A stretch of DNA of 64,000 nucleotides from Nitrosopumilus sp. (GCA_965207075.1 CBDBLO010000002.1:1152001-1216000), one strand, 5' to 3'; shown: positions 21,335 through 31,683, numbered from the stretch's first letter. Program-made: numbers and translations. Notes: a model not told the origin generated them from the sequence alone.

Positions 21335-21650
21335 CTATGCGTTCTCATCGGCGTCAGCGCCCAGCAGGAGCCGGCGCATCACCGGCACGAGCCTGTTGAA
21401 CAGCCCCGACCTCTCGGCCAACTCATACGGCGGCCCCACTATCTCTGGGTCGCCGTGTTTGAACCTGTTGGTCCACGGCACGAGTTGTATCCTGCTGTCG
21501 GGGATGCTGTCTTTCAGCACGGGCGGCAGCTCGTTGAACGTGAATATCAGGGTGCAGAAGGGGCTGTACGCTATGGGCTTCCTATACCTGGGCTTGCACG
21601 TGATGGGTTCGCCGTCAAGCGGTGACTCGATCAGGCATGTCAGTTTTAGG
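21335..21650 (-). pseudogene. Partial paralog of the D5 helicase C-terminus of 22951-25275
   Basis: ITCKPRYRK..TLIFTFNELPPVL..IQLVPW..ERSGLFNRLVPVMRRLLL, colinear with the primase-helicase. Confidence 0.7.
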
Positions 21651-21755
21651 ACTCCCACGCCCCGCAAACCCCGCACCTGCACACTACGGCACCTACCAAC
21701 CCGTTGTAGGACGCCTTGATCAGGCGGGCAGGATGGTCGCACGTCCCGGGATGCA

Positions 21756-22253
21756 TCAGGCCCCGGTCTCCTTTGCGCATATGAAGACTGTGCACCAGTC
21801 GACGGACGACCAGCTGTCAAACGCTATCATTACGCCACATACAAACAACAAGACGGCAAGGGCGCCGGGGATGGCTGACCACAGGACGCGGCTGCGCGCC
21901 GTCTCATGGTCTTCTACAATGCGGCCCAACACTACCGAGGCGCCGCACAGGATTGAACCAAGTATAAGCGGCATTCCGATGAACCAGTCGTCTTGAAACG
22001 CGCCGGCGGCAACCGCCAAGGACGCGTTAATGGCAATCACGAGAACCAGCAGGGAGCCAAGAACGGCAAACACGGAGCAGCCTGCCGCCAACCAGCGTCT
22101 GCCGAGACTGACGCTACCGCCGCCTGCACGCGCCTTGCGGTACAGCCCGGCAAAGTAATATGCCATGTCATACATGGCGGCAGCCGCCGCTGTCCCAAAG
22201 GCGGCAGTGACAAACTGGGTGGCGGTTAGCGGAATCAACGTGTCAGTCGTCAT
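21756..22253 (-). CDS. Membrane protein (about 4 TM)
   Basis: Hydrophobic segments. Confidence 0.55.
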   Translation of the reverse strand: MTTDTLIPLTATQFVTAAFGTAAAAAMYDMAYYFAGLYRKARAGGGSVSLGRRWLAAGCSVFAVLGSLLVLVIAINASLAVAAGAFQDDWFIGMPLILGSILCGASVVLGRIVEDHETARSRVLWSAIPGALAVLLFVCGVMIAFDSWSSVDWCTVFICAKETGA

Positions 22254-22428
22254 GCCGCTACGCCCCCGCCGTCTGAAGCAACCTCAAAGTCGCCGCCTGC
22301 AATATACTCCTGCTCCTGCCTGATGCGGTTAGACACCGACTCGAACCTAGCCAGTCACCCCTCCTTTGCCCTGCGCCGCCGGTTGCCATGGGACACCAAC
22401 ACGTCGGTCTGCATAAAAGGCGCTGGCG

Positions 22429-22938
22429 TCAGCACCGCGCGAACTCGTACAGGCTGCCGCCCGCACCCTTGGCCGGCCCGACCTCCCGTATGAGAAACAC
22501 GGCGGTCCGCCTGCCAGTCAGCCTGCTCGTGACGATGACGGCCCCACCCGCCCTGCCCGATTCCCCGCGTACGAGCCACATGTGGGCCGCCGCCGGGCCG
22601 CCGCCCTGGTCCTCGTTGGGGTGCCAGCGGAAGTCGTTCGGATCCTGCATGGCGGATCCGGCATCGTCGTCGTCATACCCCCCGTGTATGATCCCCACGC
22701 GTTCGGCTATGCGGAACTTGCAGTACGTCACCTCCTCGCCCAGCCGCACGCGCGTGATGCGGCCGCTCTTCTTGGACAGCACGTCGACGGTCTCGTGCTC
22801 CCACGCGCCCTGCTCCGGCGAGCCCAGAACGAACCACTCGTCGTCATCTGCACTGACACCGGCCTGGGCCGCCTCCTCGGCGTCCAGCTTGGTCCACCTG
22901 CACAGGTACGGGTCGTCGTACAGGTCGGCGGCCGACAT
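22429..22938 (-). CDS. Hypothetical protein
   Basis: ORF directly downstream of the primase. Confidence 0.55.
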   Translation of the reverse strand: MSAADLYDDPYLCRWTKLDAEEAAQAGVSADDDEWFVLGSPEQGAWEHETVDVLSKKSGRITRVRLGEEVTYCKFRIAERVGIIHGGYDDDDAGSAMQDPNDFRWHPNEDQGGGPAAAHMWLVRGESGRAGGAVIVTSRLTGRRTAVFLIREVGPAKGAGGSLYEFARC

Positions 22939-22950
22939 CGTACCGCCCCG

Positions 22951-25275
22951 CTAGGAGGGTGGCTTGTCCCCCAGCGCCGCCTGCCCCTCCGGCCTGAGTT
23001 CTGACCGCGCCGTCAGCCCCTTCCACACCCTCACGTTCTCGCCGTTCACCCTAGAGGGCGCGGCCTTCTTCCCGTCGAGCAGGTCGCTCACCCTCGCGTG
23101 GAACTCGTTCTTTGCCAGCGGCGTCATGCCGTGGTCCGCGCACGCGGTCTGGTACAGCGAGTACAGCCTATTCGTCTCAATCTGGTACTCCTTGTCCTTG
23201 CCGTCCCTGCCCAGCACCAAATATTCCTCGCGGAACAAAAAGAACGAGTCGGAGCGCCGCATCCACATGTTCTGCGTCGTCTCCACGCTGTCCTCGTATT
23301 CAGGCTGCCCGTCCTCCAGCAAAAACCGGCGCATGATGGGCACCAGCCGGTTAAACAGCCCCGCCCGCTCCGCCGGGTCGCCGGCCAGCTTGGCGATCTC
23401 CGGGTTGTCCCGGCGGTCGAACTTGTTATGCCATGGGATCAGCTGGATCTTCCGGGCAAAGCCGTCGCTGCTGTCCAGCACCGGCGGTAATTCATTGAAA
23501 GTGAATACTAATGTGCTGTACGGCTTGAACACGAACGATTTCTTGTACTTGGGCTCGCACGTGATGGAATCGCCGCCCAGTATGGCCTTGATCAGGCCGG
23601 TCTTCACCAGCGGCTGCGTGCCCCCGTCTGACGATATGTTGGCTGACTTGCAGTACAACGTGTCGCCCACGAAGCGCGACTCCTCAAAGGCCTGCATCTC
23701 CACGCTGGCCGTGTTCTGCGTGCCGATCATCTCCCGCAACACGGCCAGGCAAGTGGACTTGCCGTTTGATCCCTTGCCGTAGTGCACGTACCCCTTTTGT
23801 ATGACGTTGCGGCGCAGCATGCACAGGGCGAACATGTCCAGTATGATGGAGTGGTATTTCTCGTCATCATCTCCGAACCACCCGTCCATCGCCTCGACAA
23901 ACACCGGGCACTCGACCGTCGCGTCGTATGTAATGGGGTGGCGGATTGTGGCCATGTGCTCCGGCGAGTGCTCCACCAGCTCGCAGCGCTCCAGGTCAAA
24001 CGTGCCGTTTGCCAGTACGATCTTTGTGGCGTCGCGGTCGAACACGTCCTCGTCCGTCCCGTCCGGCACGATGGTCGTGCGTATCCTCACCAGTTCCTCT
24101 ATTTCGCGTATCTGTGCCGGCGTTATCCGTCGGTCGCGCCACCTGTGTTCGCAGGACTTGCGCAGCCGGTGCTCGCCGCCCTGCACCCATATGCCGCCGG
24201 TATAGTAGTACAGCGCCCCTGATGGGTGCCCCTTGTACTGCGTCTCATGCATGATGGTGTCCGCGCACTGGTGCATGTCCAGCGCGTTGCGCCCGCGGCG
24301 CCCCCCGCCGACCTGCGGCGCGCCGCCGTCCGGGACCGCCCCGCCCCCGCCCGCCGGGGATCCCTGCTGGTACTGCTGCTGACTCCCGGCATCGATCTCG
24401 TCCTTGTGCTCTTGGAAGAAGTGCTCCGACGCACGTATGTTGTATACTATTTCTCTCTCGGACAGCGGCGGTTGGCACGTGGCGTTGACGCGCCTGACCT
24501 CGCGCTCGGCATCCTCCTCGGTGCTTCCGTACATGCGCTTCTTGACGTACAGCGAGTTCTGTTTTCGCCGCCGCTCGCCCGGACCGAAACCGCCCCTGAG
24601 CAAGTCGTCGAACTCGTACTTGGGCGGGCCGCCTGGGACGTACCTGTTTGCCCCACTGCTCCTCATATCGGACCTCATCTCCTCGCGGTCCTGCGGACTG
24701 AAGAAGCCGTGCGAGCGCAACACCCTTGCGGCATTCGTCCAGTTTATGCCGACGTTCGGACTGTCCGTAGCAAAGAGGTATTCATACCGGCCCAAGTGCT
24801 TGTCCGGGTGCACGGATGGAGGAAGCAGCGTGTACCCGCGCGACTTTATGTCGATCTGCCGCCCGTGGCGGTCCGAGTACTTGGGGTCGCCCGGCGGCTC
24901 GTCCGTAGGGTCGCGTCGAAATATGATGTGGTGCCCCTGCTTTGGTGTCTTTACAACGCACATCTTCGGGGTGCTCGACTCGTAGTCCTTCAGCAGATCG
25001 GGTAGTATGCTCTGGTCGTCGCAGTCCATCGCCCATGTGCCTCCGACACCCCCATGGAGCATGGCAATGCTATCGCCCTCAAGGATCTCCGCGTCGCACC
25101 CGTCGGTGCGCCACCGCAAGACATCACCCTCGCCGGCGCGCGGCATCTTGGTGCCAGGCCTTATCGGTATGACGTTGAAGCCCAGCGCGCGCAACCGGGC
25201 GGCCTCAGCGGGCGCGGACAATGCGGGCGGCCTTGCCTCCGCGTGGCCGCCTTCGCCTGACATGCTCACGCGCAC
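22951..25275 (-). CDS. Bifunctional primase-polymerase / D5-like SF3 helicase (P4-family primase)
   Basis: GFNVIP..KMP, DCD, KTPKQGHH, LPPSVHP; NGTFDL; Walker A GKGSNGKST. Confidence 0.92.
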   Translation of the reverse strand: MRVSMSGEGGHAEARPPALSAPAEAARLRALGFNVIPIRPGTKMPRAGEGDVLRWRTDGCDAEILEGDSIAMLHGGVGGTWAMDCDDQSILPDLLKDYESSTPKMCVVKTPKQGHHIIFRRDPTDEPPGDPKYSDRHGRQIDIKSRGYTLLPPSVHPDKHLGRYEYLFATDSPNVGINWTNAARVLRSHGFFSPQDREEMRSDMRSSGANRYVPGGPPKYEFDDLLRGGFGPGERRRKQNSLYVKKRMYGSTEEDAEREVRRVNATCQPPLSEREIVYNIRASEHFFQEHKDEIDAGSQQQYQQGSPAGGGGAVPDGGAPQVGGGRRGRNALDMHQCADTIMHETQYKGHPSGALYYYTGGIWVQGGEHRLRKSCEHRWRDRRITPAQIREIEELVRIRTTIVPDGTDEDVFDRDATKIVLANGTFDLERCELVEHSPEHMATIRHPITYDATVECPVFVEAMDGWFGDDDEKYHSIILDMFALCMLRRNVIQKGYVHYGKGSNGKSTCLAVLREMIGTQNTASVEMQAFEESRFVGDTLYCKSANISSDGGTQPLVKTGLIKAILGGDSITCEPKYKKSFVFKPYSTLVFTFNELPPVLDSSDGFARKIQLIPWHNKFDRRDNPEIAKLAGDPAERAGLFNRLVPIMRRFLLEDGQPEYEDSVETTQNMWMRRSDSFFLFREEYLVLGRDGKDKEYQIETNRLYSLYQTACADHGMTPLAKNEFHARVSDLLDGKKAAPSRVNGENVRVWKGLTARSELRPEGQAALGDKPPS

Positions 25276-25346
25276 ACCCCCGCCATCGCGGCCATGGACG
25301 TGGGTGCGGGTGTCACTGTCACGTCCACAACATCACCCCAAGCACG

Positions 25347-25957
25347 TCAGGAAGCGGTTCCCGCCGGCACGGGCTGCAGCCCGCCGTCAGGTGAATCGTC
25401 TGCCGCCGCCGCGCCCTCCCGTCCCGGCGCGGCAATGCTACCACTATCGCTCATTTCCGCATGAGTACCGGGCGTGTCATAAAAGGCGCCGGCCGCGCGA
25501 CGCAGCCGGCCCCTGATACCGCGCCTGGCAAAGCGCACACGCTGCCTGCAGCAGGGGCACCTGCCCGTGGACGCCGCGGCGGCGGGGGACATCCACACGC
25601 TGCACGTGTTGCAGCGGCAGCGCTCGTCGTACGCCTGGCCGCTGGCGGGCCGGCGCACTACCAGCCTGGAGCATATCCCGCGGCAGCCCATCAGGACACC
25701 GCCCCCCGTTGACGTCTGGTCCTGGACGCGGTGGGTGATAGAGGTATGGGCACCCGCCTCAGCGGCGTGCTGCCGCGACTCCCGCCGCTACCCCTGTTAG
25801 CCCGCGCGCTGCGCCTGAGCGGCATGGCGCAGCAGGGGCAGTGCACACGGTCAAGTCCGAACCACGTGGAGCACGTGCGGCAGTAGCCGAAGCCCAGGGA
25901 ATACATGGCGCCGAACCTCTTTGGCACGGCATGCCGCGCGCAGGTCCCTAGGCACAT
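25347..25957 (-). CDS. Two tandem small Zn-binding paralogs (MxCxGxC...CxxC...CPCC)
   Basis: MCLGTC..CRTC..CPCC and MGCRGIC..CNTC..CPCC. Confidence 0.65.
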
Positions 25958-26161
25958 CCTCAGCGGCCGTCCCCTCCGTCACGGTTATGGCGCGTGCTCC
26001 CGTCGTAGTGGGCCGCGCGCCCGTCGTATATGACGCGGTCAAACCTCCCGGCCGCCCAGTACGCGCCCATGGCAGTCAGTAAAAACAGAAAATGAAAGAA
26101 GAAAAGAAATGGGTGCATGGATGTCCTCCGTGAAAAAAAGACGAACATCCAAACACCTCGG

Positions 26162-26665
26162 TTATACCGGCGCTGTTGCCGGTGCTGCTGCTGGAGCTGG
26201 GGGCTGTGCCTGCGGCTGTGGAGCCGGTGCCTGCGGCTGTGGAGCCGGTGCCTGCGGCTGTGGAGCCGGTGCCTGCGGCTGTGGAGCCGGTGCCTGCGGC
26301 GGTGCCTGCGGCGGTGCCTGGGCCTGTGGCGCCACATACTTCGTCCTCACGGGATCGACTGTGACGTGCTGGTACTCGCCCTCGCCCGCCAGCGTGATCT
26401 CGACGCTCTGTCCGACCCACAGCGACGTTTCGTACCCGAATATGTCAAGAAGCGCGTTGCGCGTCTTGTTATTCATCGTCCACTTGTACGGGTCGTTTGG
26501 GCCCTGTCCGACATATGAAATGCCAAAGACCGGCTTCTGGACCAGTTCACCCTTCTGCTCGTACTCTTGCATTGTGCCTTCATCGACTATCCTAACGGTT
26601 GTCAGACTGCGCTTTTTCACGAACGATGCCTTCAGGTAATCCCCCTCTGCCTTGTCAAGCTGCAT
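26162..26665 (-). CDS. Putative ssDNA-binding / phage replication protein with PQPQAPA tail
   Basis: YLKAS...MNNKT...FG.ET..W.G pattern; SD GGAGGTGA; 21-bp coding tandem repeats. Confidence 0.5.
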   Translation of the reverse strand: MQLDKAEGDYLKASFVKKRSLTTVRIVDEGTMQEYEQKGELVQKPVFGISYVGQGPNDPYKWTMNNKTRNALLDIFGYETSLWVGQSVEITLAGEGEYQHVTVDPVRTKYVAPQAQAPPQAPPQAPAPQPQAPAPQPQAPAPQPQAPAPQPQAQPPAPAAAPATAPV

Positions 26666-26824
26666 ATTGCCATTCACCTCCTCTTGCTTTTCGATACAAG
26701 CGAAATTGTCCAGCGACTCCAACGGGTCCGGCTTCGGCCGCAGGCCGCATCTCGGACACACCGTACCCCGTACCCCGCGGTGGTCCTCCGCCGAGCACGG
26801 TCCGTCCATCGGTCATCACTCCTG

Positions 26825-27010
26825 TCAGCAACGGGGCTTCTCCCCCACGTCCCTTTCGAGCTTCTCGCGCACGGCCCTGTCGACGAACTGCGCGCTGCTC
26901 CTTATCTCCGGATCCGTCTTGCTCATTACAAACTCCCCCACTAAACCGTACAGCGGGATGCGTATGGACACTGACGCCCATTCTCTCTTGCCCTTCCGCT
27001 TCTTACCCAT
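26825..27010 (-). CDS. Ribbon-helix-helix regulator
   Basis: SVSIR..L...S.AQFVDRAVREKL. Confidence 0.7.
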   Translation of the reverse strand: MGKKRKGKREWASVSIRIPLYGLVGEFVMSKTDPEIRSSAQFVDRAVREKLERDVGEKPRC

Positions 27011-27307
27011 ACAGTACCCTTACAACAATTCTGATATAAAGTTTTACATGAATTGTACATTAAATTATGATACTTGGTTTGCCGTGCCTCTAACACCGCG
27101 CGTGTCCTGTGGCGTGGCGGCTGCCGGCTGCAGCCTGTCCGCCATGCCGCGCCACGAGCCTGACGCCCACCGCGGGGGCGGACAGCTGTCCGCCGGCCCC
27201 CGGCGGCCGGAGGCACCCGTATTTGAAACGAAGACTAGAACTACGGTGCCACGTACACAATACCGGGAGGCATTTAAGCGGGGTACGCCGGCGGAGGCGG
27301 CCGCGTG

Positions 27308-27751
27308 TCATTCTGGAAACAGCAGCAGCAACGCTAGGAAGGCGGCCACGTGTATCACGAACAGCGTGATCCCTAGCAGTAGGCAGTTTTTCGCCTTGCC
27401 CGGGTCGTCTGCACGCAGCACGAAATAGGCGATCACGCCGCCCACGATGTCCAGGAATATGGGCAGCAGGTACCACCAGCGGCTGCGGGGGACGCGCCCG
27501 CTGACGACTGGTAGGTTGGGGGGCGAGGCGGCGGCGTCGGTGGACCCGTCGGGAGGAATGTAATCCGGGGGCGGAGAGGTTGCCGGCCTGGCGGGGGGCA
27601 GCCGTGCGGAGTGTCCGGTAGATGAGCCGGGGGACGTGCTGCTTCCGTCGCCGCCGCCGTCAATTCCATCACCATTGGTGTTATCAACCCCGGTGTCGTT
27701 ATCGCGCGTGTGGTCTCCGTCGCCGCCGTCCCCCGTGCTCATGCATGCCAT
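27308..27751 (-). CDS. Thaumarchaeal-type membrane protein
   Basis: RSRWWYLLPIFL.IVGGVIAYFVLR.DDP.KAKNCLLLGI. Confidence 0.7.
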   Translation of the reverse strand: MACMSTGDGGDGDHTRDNDTGVDNTNGDGIDGGGDGSSTSPGSSTGHSARLPPARPATSPPPDYIPPDGSTDAAASPPNLPVVSGRVPRSRWWYLLPIFLDIVGGVIAYFVLRADDPGKAKNCLLLGITLFVIHVAAFLALLLLFPE

Positions 27752-27809
27752 GATATGCTGCGAATTTAAGCGGTTGCGGACGCCCGTCTTTTAAGCGCCC
27801 CGGGGCAGT

Positions 27810-28646
27810 ATGCCGATGGCGAGCGGATCTTCGATCGAATGGACGGAGGCGACGTGGAACCCGACCACCGGCTGCACCAAGGTGTCCGAGGGGTGCGGCA
27901 ATTGCTATGCAGAAGGGCAGTCAAAGCGCCTCAAGGCCATGGGACAGAAAAAATACGCCCGGGGGTTCGAGTATGTTGAGCACGAGTCTGACATCGGGCT
28001 GCCACTGAAATGGAGGAAACCTAGGAAGATATTCGTCAACTCAATGTCAGACCTGTTCCACGAGAAATCTGCCTTTGAGTTTACCATGCAGTGCTTTCTG
28101 ACCATGCTGCGGACGCCGCAGCACACCTACCAGGTCCTGACGAAGCGCCCAAAGCGCATGGCAGAGTTCTCCGAGCTGTTCTTCAAATACTTTGGCCGCG
28201 ACATCCCGCCACACATCTGGATGGGCACGAGTATCGAATCCGCCAGATACACGCACCGCATAGACGACCTGCGCGCCGTGAGGTGCCGCACGCGCTTCAT
28301 CTCGTTTGAGCCGCTGCTCAAGTCGGTCGGCTGCGTGGACCTGTCCGACATCGACTGGGCTATCATAGGCGGCGAGTCGGGATTTAACTACAGACCGGTT
28401 GACGAAAACCACATACGCTTGTTGATTGCGGAATGCCAGCGGCAGAACGTGCCAGTGTTCTTCAAGCAGTGGGGTGGCATACGTCCCAAGTCCGGGGGCC
28501 GTACAATAGACGGCAGTACGCACGACGAATACCCGGTGGTGGAGCCTGACACCGATCCCATAGACGCCAATGAATTTGACGTGCGCAGGTTTGCCGGATT
28601 GTGCCTAGAGCACGAGGTCGAGATGCGCGCCATTGCCGCGCGATAG
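27810..28646 (+). CDS. DUF5131 / phage Gp37-Gp68 family protein
   Basis: IEWTEATWNPTTGCTKVSEGC.NCYA, FVNSMSDLFH, LTKRP, GGESG, FFKQWGG. Confidence 0.92.
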   Translation: MPMASGSSIEWTEATWNPTTGCTKVSEGCGNCYAEGQSKRLKAMGQKKYARGFEYVEHESDIGLPLKWRKPRKIFVNSMSDLFHEKSAFEFTMQCFLTMLRTPQHTYQVLTKRPKRMAEFSELFFKYFGRDIPPHIWMGTSIESARYTHRIDDLRAVRCRTRFISFEPLLKSVGCVDLSDIDWAIIGGESGFNYRPVDENHIRLLIAECQRQNVPVFFKQWGGIRPKSGGRTIDGSTHDEYPVVEPDTDPIDANEFDVRRFAGLCLEHEVEMRAIAAR

Positions 28647-28659
28647 CCGGTGTCTTCCA

Positions 28660-29028
28660 ATGGCAGTCAGGACAAAGTCCATCTACGCCCCCGCCGAGCC
28701 GTCGGACGGTAGGCGCATACTGGTAACGCGGCACCACCCGCGCGGTGTAAAGCGGACAAAGTACGACGTGTGGGACCGGCGACTGGCACCCAGTGCCGTA
28801 CTGCTGAAGTCGTACAAGAGCGGCGATGTCGGATGGGCCGACTTTGAAAGGCGGTTGCTGCAGGAGTTGGGGACAAGCCCTGACAGCGTCAGTTCAATAC
28901 GCGAACTGCATGCGTACTCCCGGACGCATACGATCACACTGCTCTGCTACGAGCCCGCCGGCAGTCCGTGCCACCGGTACCTGCTCAAAAAAATCATAGG
29001 GGATCCCGCATTGTTGGGAAACCAATAA
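28660..29028 (+). CDS. DUF488 family protein
   Basis: DGRRILVTR..PRG, LAPS, TLLCYE...CHR. Confidence 0.85.
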   Translation: MAVRTKSIYAPAEPSDGRRILVTRHHPRGVKRTKYDVWDRRLAPSAVLLKSYKSGDVGWADFERRLLQELGTSPDSVSSIRELHAYSRTHTITLLCYEPAGSPCHRYLLKKIIGDPALLGNQ

Positions 29029-29162
29029 TTTTGATGATAATGACGGAACCTGGGCCTCGAGGACCCGTAGCCAGCATGACACTAGCGGAAACCGTGCATG
29101 TCATGGGAGGATGAATCATTTAAGATTTTCCGGATTTGGCCTTGCTGTGGGCTCGGCCGGTG

Positions 29163-29241
29163 TCCGATGTTCAACATGTTTGTAGCGCAAACCACTTGAA
29201 ATACACTTGACTTCCGATGTTCAACATGTTTGTAGCGCAAA
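29163..29241. repeat. Perfect 29-bp direct repeat pair with 21-bp spacer
   Basis: TCCGATGTTCAACATGTTTGTAGCGCAAA at 29163 and 29213. Confidence 0.85.
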
Positions 29242-29317
29242 GACGTGCACTTACGACCTAATCCACAACTGTACCCCGAAGACATTGTTTTTTATACGGA
29301 CGGACTGCATGCGCCCC

Positions 29318-30280
29318 ATGCAAGACAGCCAGATGCAGCGGTACTCGCGGCAGATCATGCTCGACGACATAGGATTGGGCGGCCAGCAGCGCCTCATGGA
29401 CTCAAAGGTTACGGTAGTGGGAGCCGGCGGGCTCGGCACCCCCATACTGACGCACCTGGCAGCGATGGGCGTGGGGCATATCCGCATCGTGGACCGCGAC
29501 ATAATAGAACTTACCAACCTGCACCGCCAGACGCTGTATACGGACGACGACGTCGGAAAACCCAAGGTCGCGGCGGCGGCAGCCAGGCTGCAGCGGCTCA
29601 GTCCGGGCGCCCGCATACGCACCATGCCGGTGTCGGTAAACAGGCGGTCGGCGCCCTCGGTGGTGCGTGGGTCGGACGTGGTGATCGACGCCTTGGACTC
29701 GGTGGACGCCAGGTACGCGCTGAACGAGGCGTGCATGGACGCGGGAATACCGTTTGTCACGGGCGGGGCCGTGGGTACGGCCGGGCAGGTGTTCGTCGTG
29801 GTACCCGGAAAGACGGCGTGCTACGAGTGCGCGTTTCCCGGCATGACCGATGATGGAATGCCGTCGTGCGGCATCGAGGGCGTGAACCCCGCCATACTCA
29901 GCGTGATCGGGGGGCTGGAGGTGTCGGAGGCGGTCAGGATATTGTGCGGGAAGGAGCCGGCGACGCTGGGCAGCGTACTGCACGTCAACCTGGCGACTGA
30001 CTTTGTCAGGATGCCCGTGCGCCTGGTTGAGGAGTGCCCGACGTGCGGGAGCGGGGAGAGGCGCCCCGCGGACGACGCTAGTTACATCGTCGAGGAGCTG
30101 TGCGGCCGCAGGGGCGGCCAGCGGACGTTTGCCATATCGCCGCCGTCCGCGCGCAAGTCGGTGCACCAGGACGACAGGGTGAGCGTATCGGAGGGGGACG
30201 GCTCGGCCATAGTCACGGGGTGCACCACCGAGGACGAGGCAGTCAAGCTGTACGAACAAACCACCGCGCCGGCATCGTGA
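29318..30280 (+). CDS. ThiF/MoeB family adenylyltransferase (E1-like)
   Basis: RYSRQ, VGAGGLG, DRDIIELTNLHRQ, CYEC, SC...G, CPTC. Confidence 0.9.
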   Translation: MQDSQMQRYSRQIMLDDIGLGGQQRLMDSKVTVVGAGGLGTPILTHLAAMGVGHIRIVDRDIIELTNLHRQTLYTDDDVGKPKVAAAAARLQRLSPGARIRTMPVSVNRRSAPSVVRGSDVVIDALDSVDARYALNEACMDAGIPFVTGGAVGTAGQVFVVVPGKTACYECAFPGMTDDGMPSCGIEGVNPAILSVIGGLEVSEAVRILCGKEPATLGSVLHVNLATDFVRMPVRLVEECPTCGSGERRPADDASYIVEELCGRRGGQRTFAISPPSARKSVHQDDRVSVSEGDGSAIVTGCTTEDEAVKLYEQTTAPAS

Positions 30281-30666
30281 GAATGGTGTCTTTTATGCAT
30301 CCCGCGGCACGGCGCCCATGGGGGATGAGACCTGCGACATATGCCTGCTGCACTACCCGTGCAAGCACGGCAATGATTCTATGAACAGCCCGCCCCGCGC
30401 AATGTGCACGTGCGGACACGAGAACGTAAACCACGGCAAGTCCACGCTGGTGAGCCCCGGCTGCGACAAGTGCGGGTGCGATAGGTTCCGCCCGGCGTGA
30501 TACGCCAGGGACGGTCGGATGAAGTCGGACTGAGTCGATTAAAGAAAGCTTTAACGTTTTTTTCACTCGTTAAAGAAAAACGGCTTTTTCTTTAATGTGG
30601 CGGCTGAGCGGTCAGCACGACCGCTGCACGAGTACGACACGCGTGCCGCGGGCTGAATAAAAGAGC

Positions 30667-31683
30667 ATGGCGACCGGCCGCGGGCCAGCCGGGCCGTCAG
30701 CCTTAATACCAAAACGGCCGGTTGGTGGTGTGCAGAAAATTCCGGACGAAGGCGGGAGGAACCCCGGGAAGGACGGCCAGCGCAAAAAGGCCGCCGGGGG
30801 ACTCGACGCGTCCAGGCTCGCGGGTATGATCAGGCTTGAGAGGCCTGACATACACTACAAGTCGAGCGCCAGCATGGCAGAGGTGCCGGACGGCTCAGTT
30901 CACCTCGTGGTGACGTCGCCCCCGTACAACGTGGGCAAGCAGTATGGGAACGGGCACGACGACAGCATGCCGCTTGACGAGTACCTGGCGGGACTGGACG
31001 ACACGTGGCGCGAGTGCGTGCGCGTGCTGTGCGGCGGCGGCAGGCTGGCCTTGAACGTGGCCGACGCGTGGCGCTCACCCTACGTGCCGCTGCACTCGTT
31101 CATAACTCAGCGGCTGCTCGACATGGGACTGCTCATGCGCGGCGTCATATACTGGAACAAGGGCGCCGGCGCCGGCGCCTCGACGGCCTGGGGCTCGTGG
31201 CTGTCCGCCTCTAACCCGGTACTGCGCGACGTGGGCGAATACATACTGGTGTTCTCCAAGGCCTCGTACGGACTGCAGAGCCGCAACGGCATCTCCACCA
31301 TCACGTCCAGCGAGTTCACCGAGTACACGCGGTCGTTGTGGACGTTCCCCCCGGCCTCGGCCAAGAGGGAGGGGCACCCCGCGCCATTTCCTGAGGAGCT
31401 GCCGTCCCGGCTGATCAAACTGTACACGTTTCTGGGCGACACGGTGCTGGACCCGTTCATTGGTTCCGGCACGACGGCAAGGGCCGCCATGCTGTTGGGC
31501 AGGAAGTGCATAGGGTATGAGGCCAACGAGGGGTACCGTCCGCTCATAGAGAAGAAGACCGGCGGCGTGTCGGCAATCCGCATAGATCCCGACAGCTTCC
31601 GCGCCAAATCTACCGCCGGCGCCCGCGGGAAGCCCGCGCGGCTTGAAGACCTCTATCCGCCGTCAGGGGACACCAAAACCTAG
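30667..31683 (+). CDS. Orphan beta-class N4/N6 DNA methyltransferase
   Basis: VTSPPY, HPAPFP, VLDPFIGSGTT; true start may be downstream. Confidence 0.9.
   Translation: MATGRGPAGPSALIPKRPVGGVQKIPDEGGRNPGKDGQRKKAAGGLDASRLAGMIRLERPDIHYKSSASMAEVPDGSVHLVVTSPPYNVGKQYGNGHDDSMPLDEYLAGLDDTWRECVRVLCGGGRLALNVADAWRSPYVPLHSFITQRLLDMGLLMRGVIYWNKGAGAGASTAWGSWLSASNPVLRDVGEYILVFSKASYGLQSRNGISTITSSEFTEYTRSLWTFPPASAKREGHPAPFPEELPSRLIKLYTFLGDTVLDPFIGSGTTARAAMLLGRKCIGYEANEGYRPLIEKKTGGVSAIRIDPDSFRAKSTAGARGKPARLEDLYPPSGDTKT

Noticed and set aside
26180-26330. Borg-type tandem repeat as evidence of a Borg
   Set aside because: It is a simple Pro/Gln linker; gene orientation is mixed and host signatures are thaumarchaeal
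29163-29241. CRISPR array
   Set aside because: Only two repeats, a 21-nt spacer, no typical repeat end and no cas genes in the window
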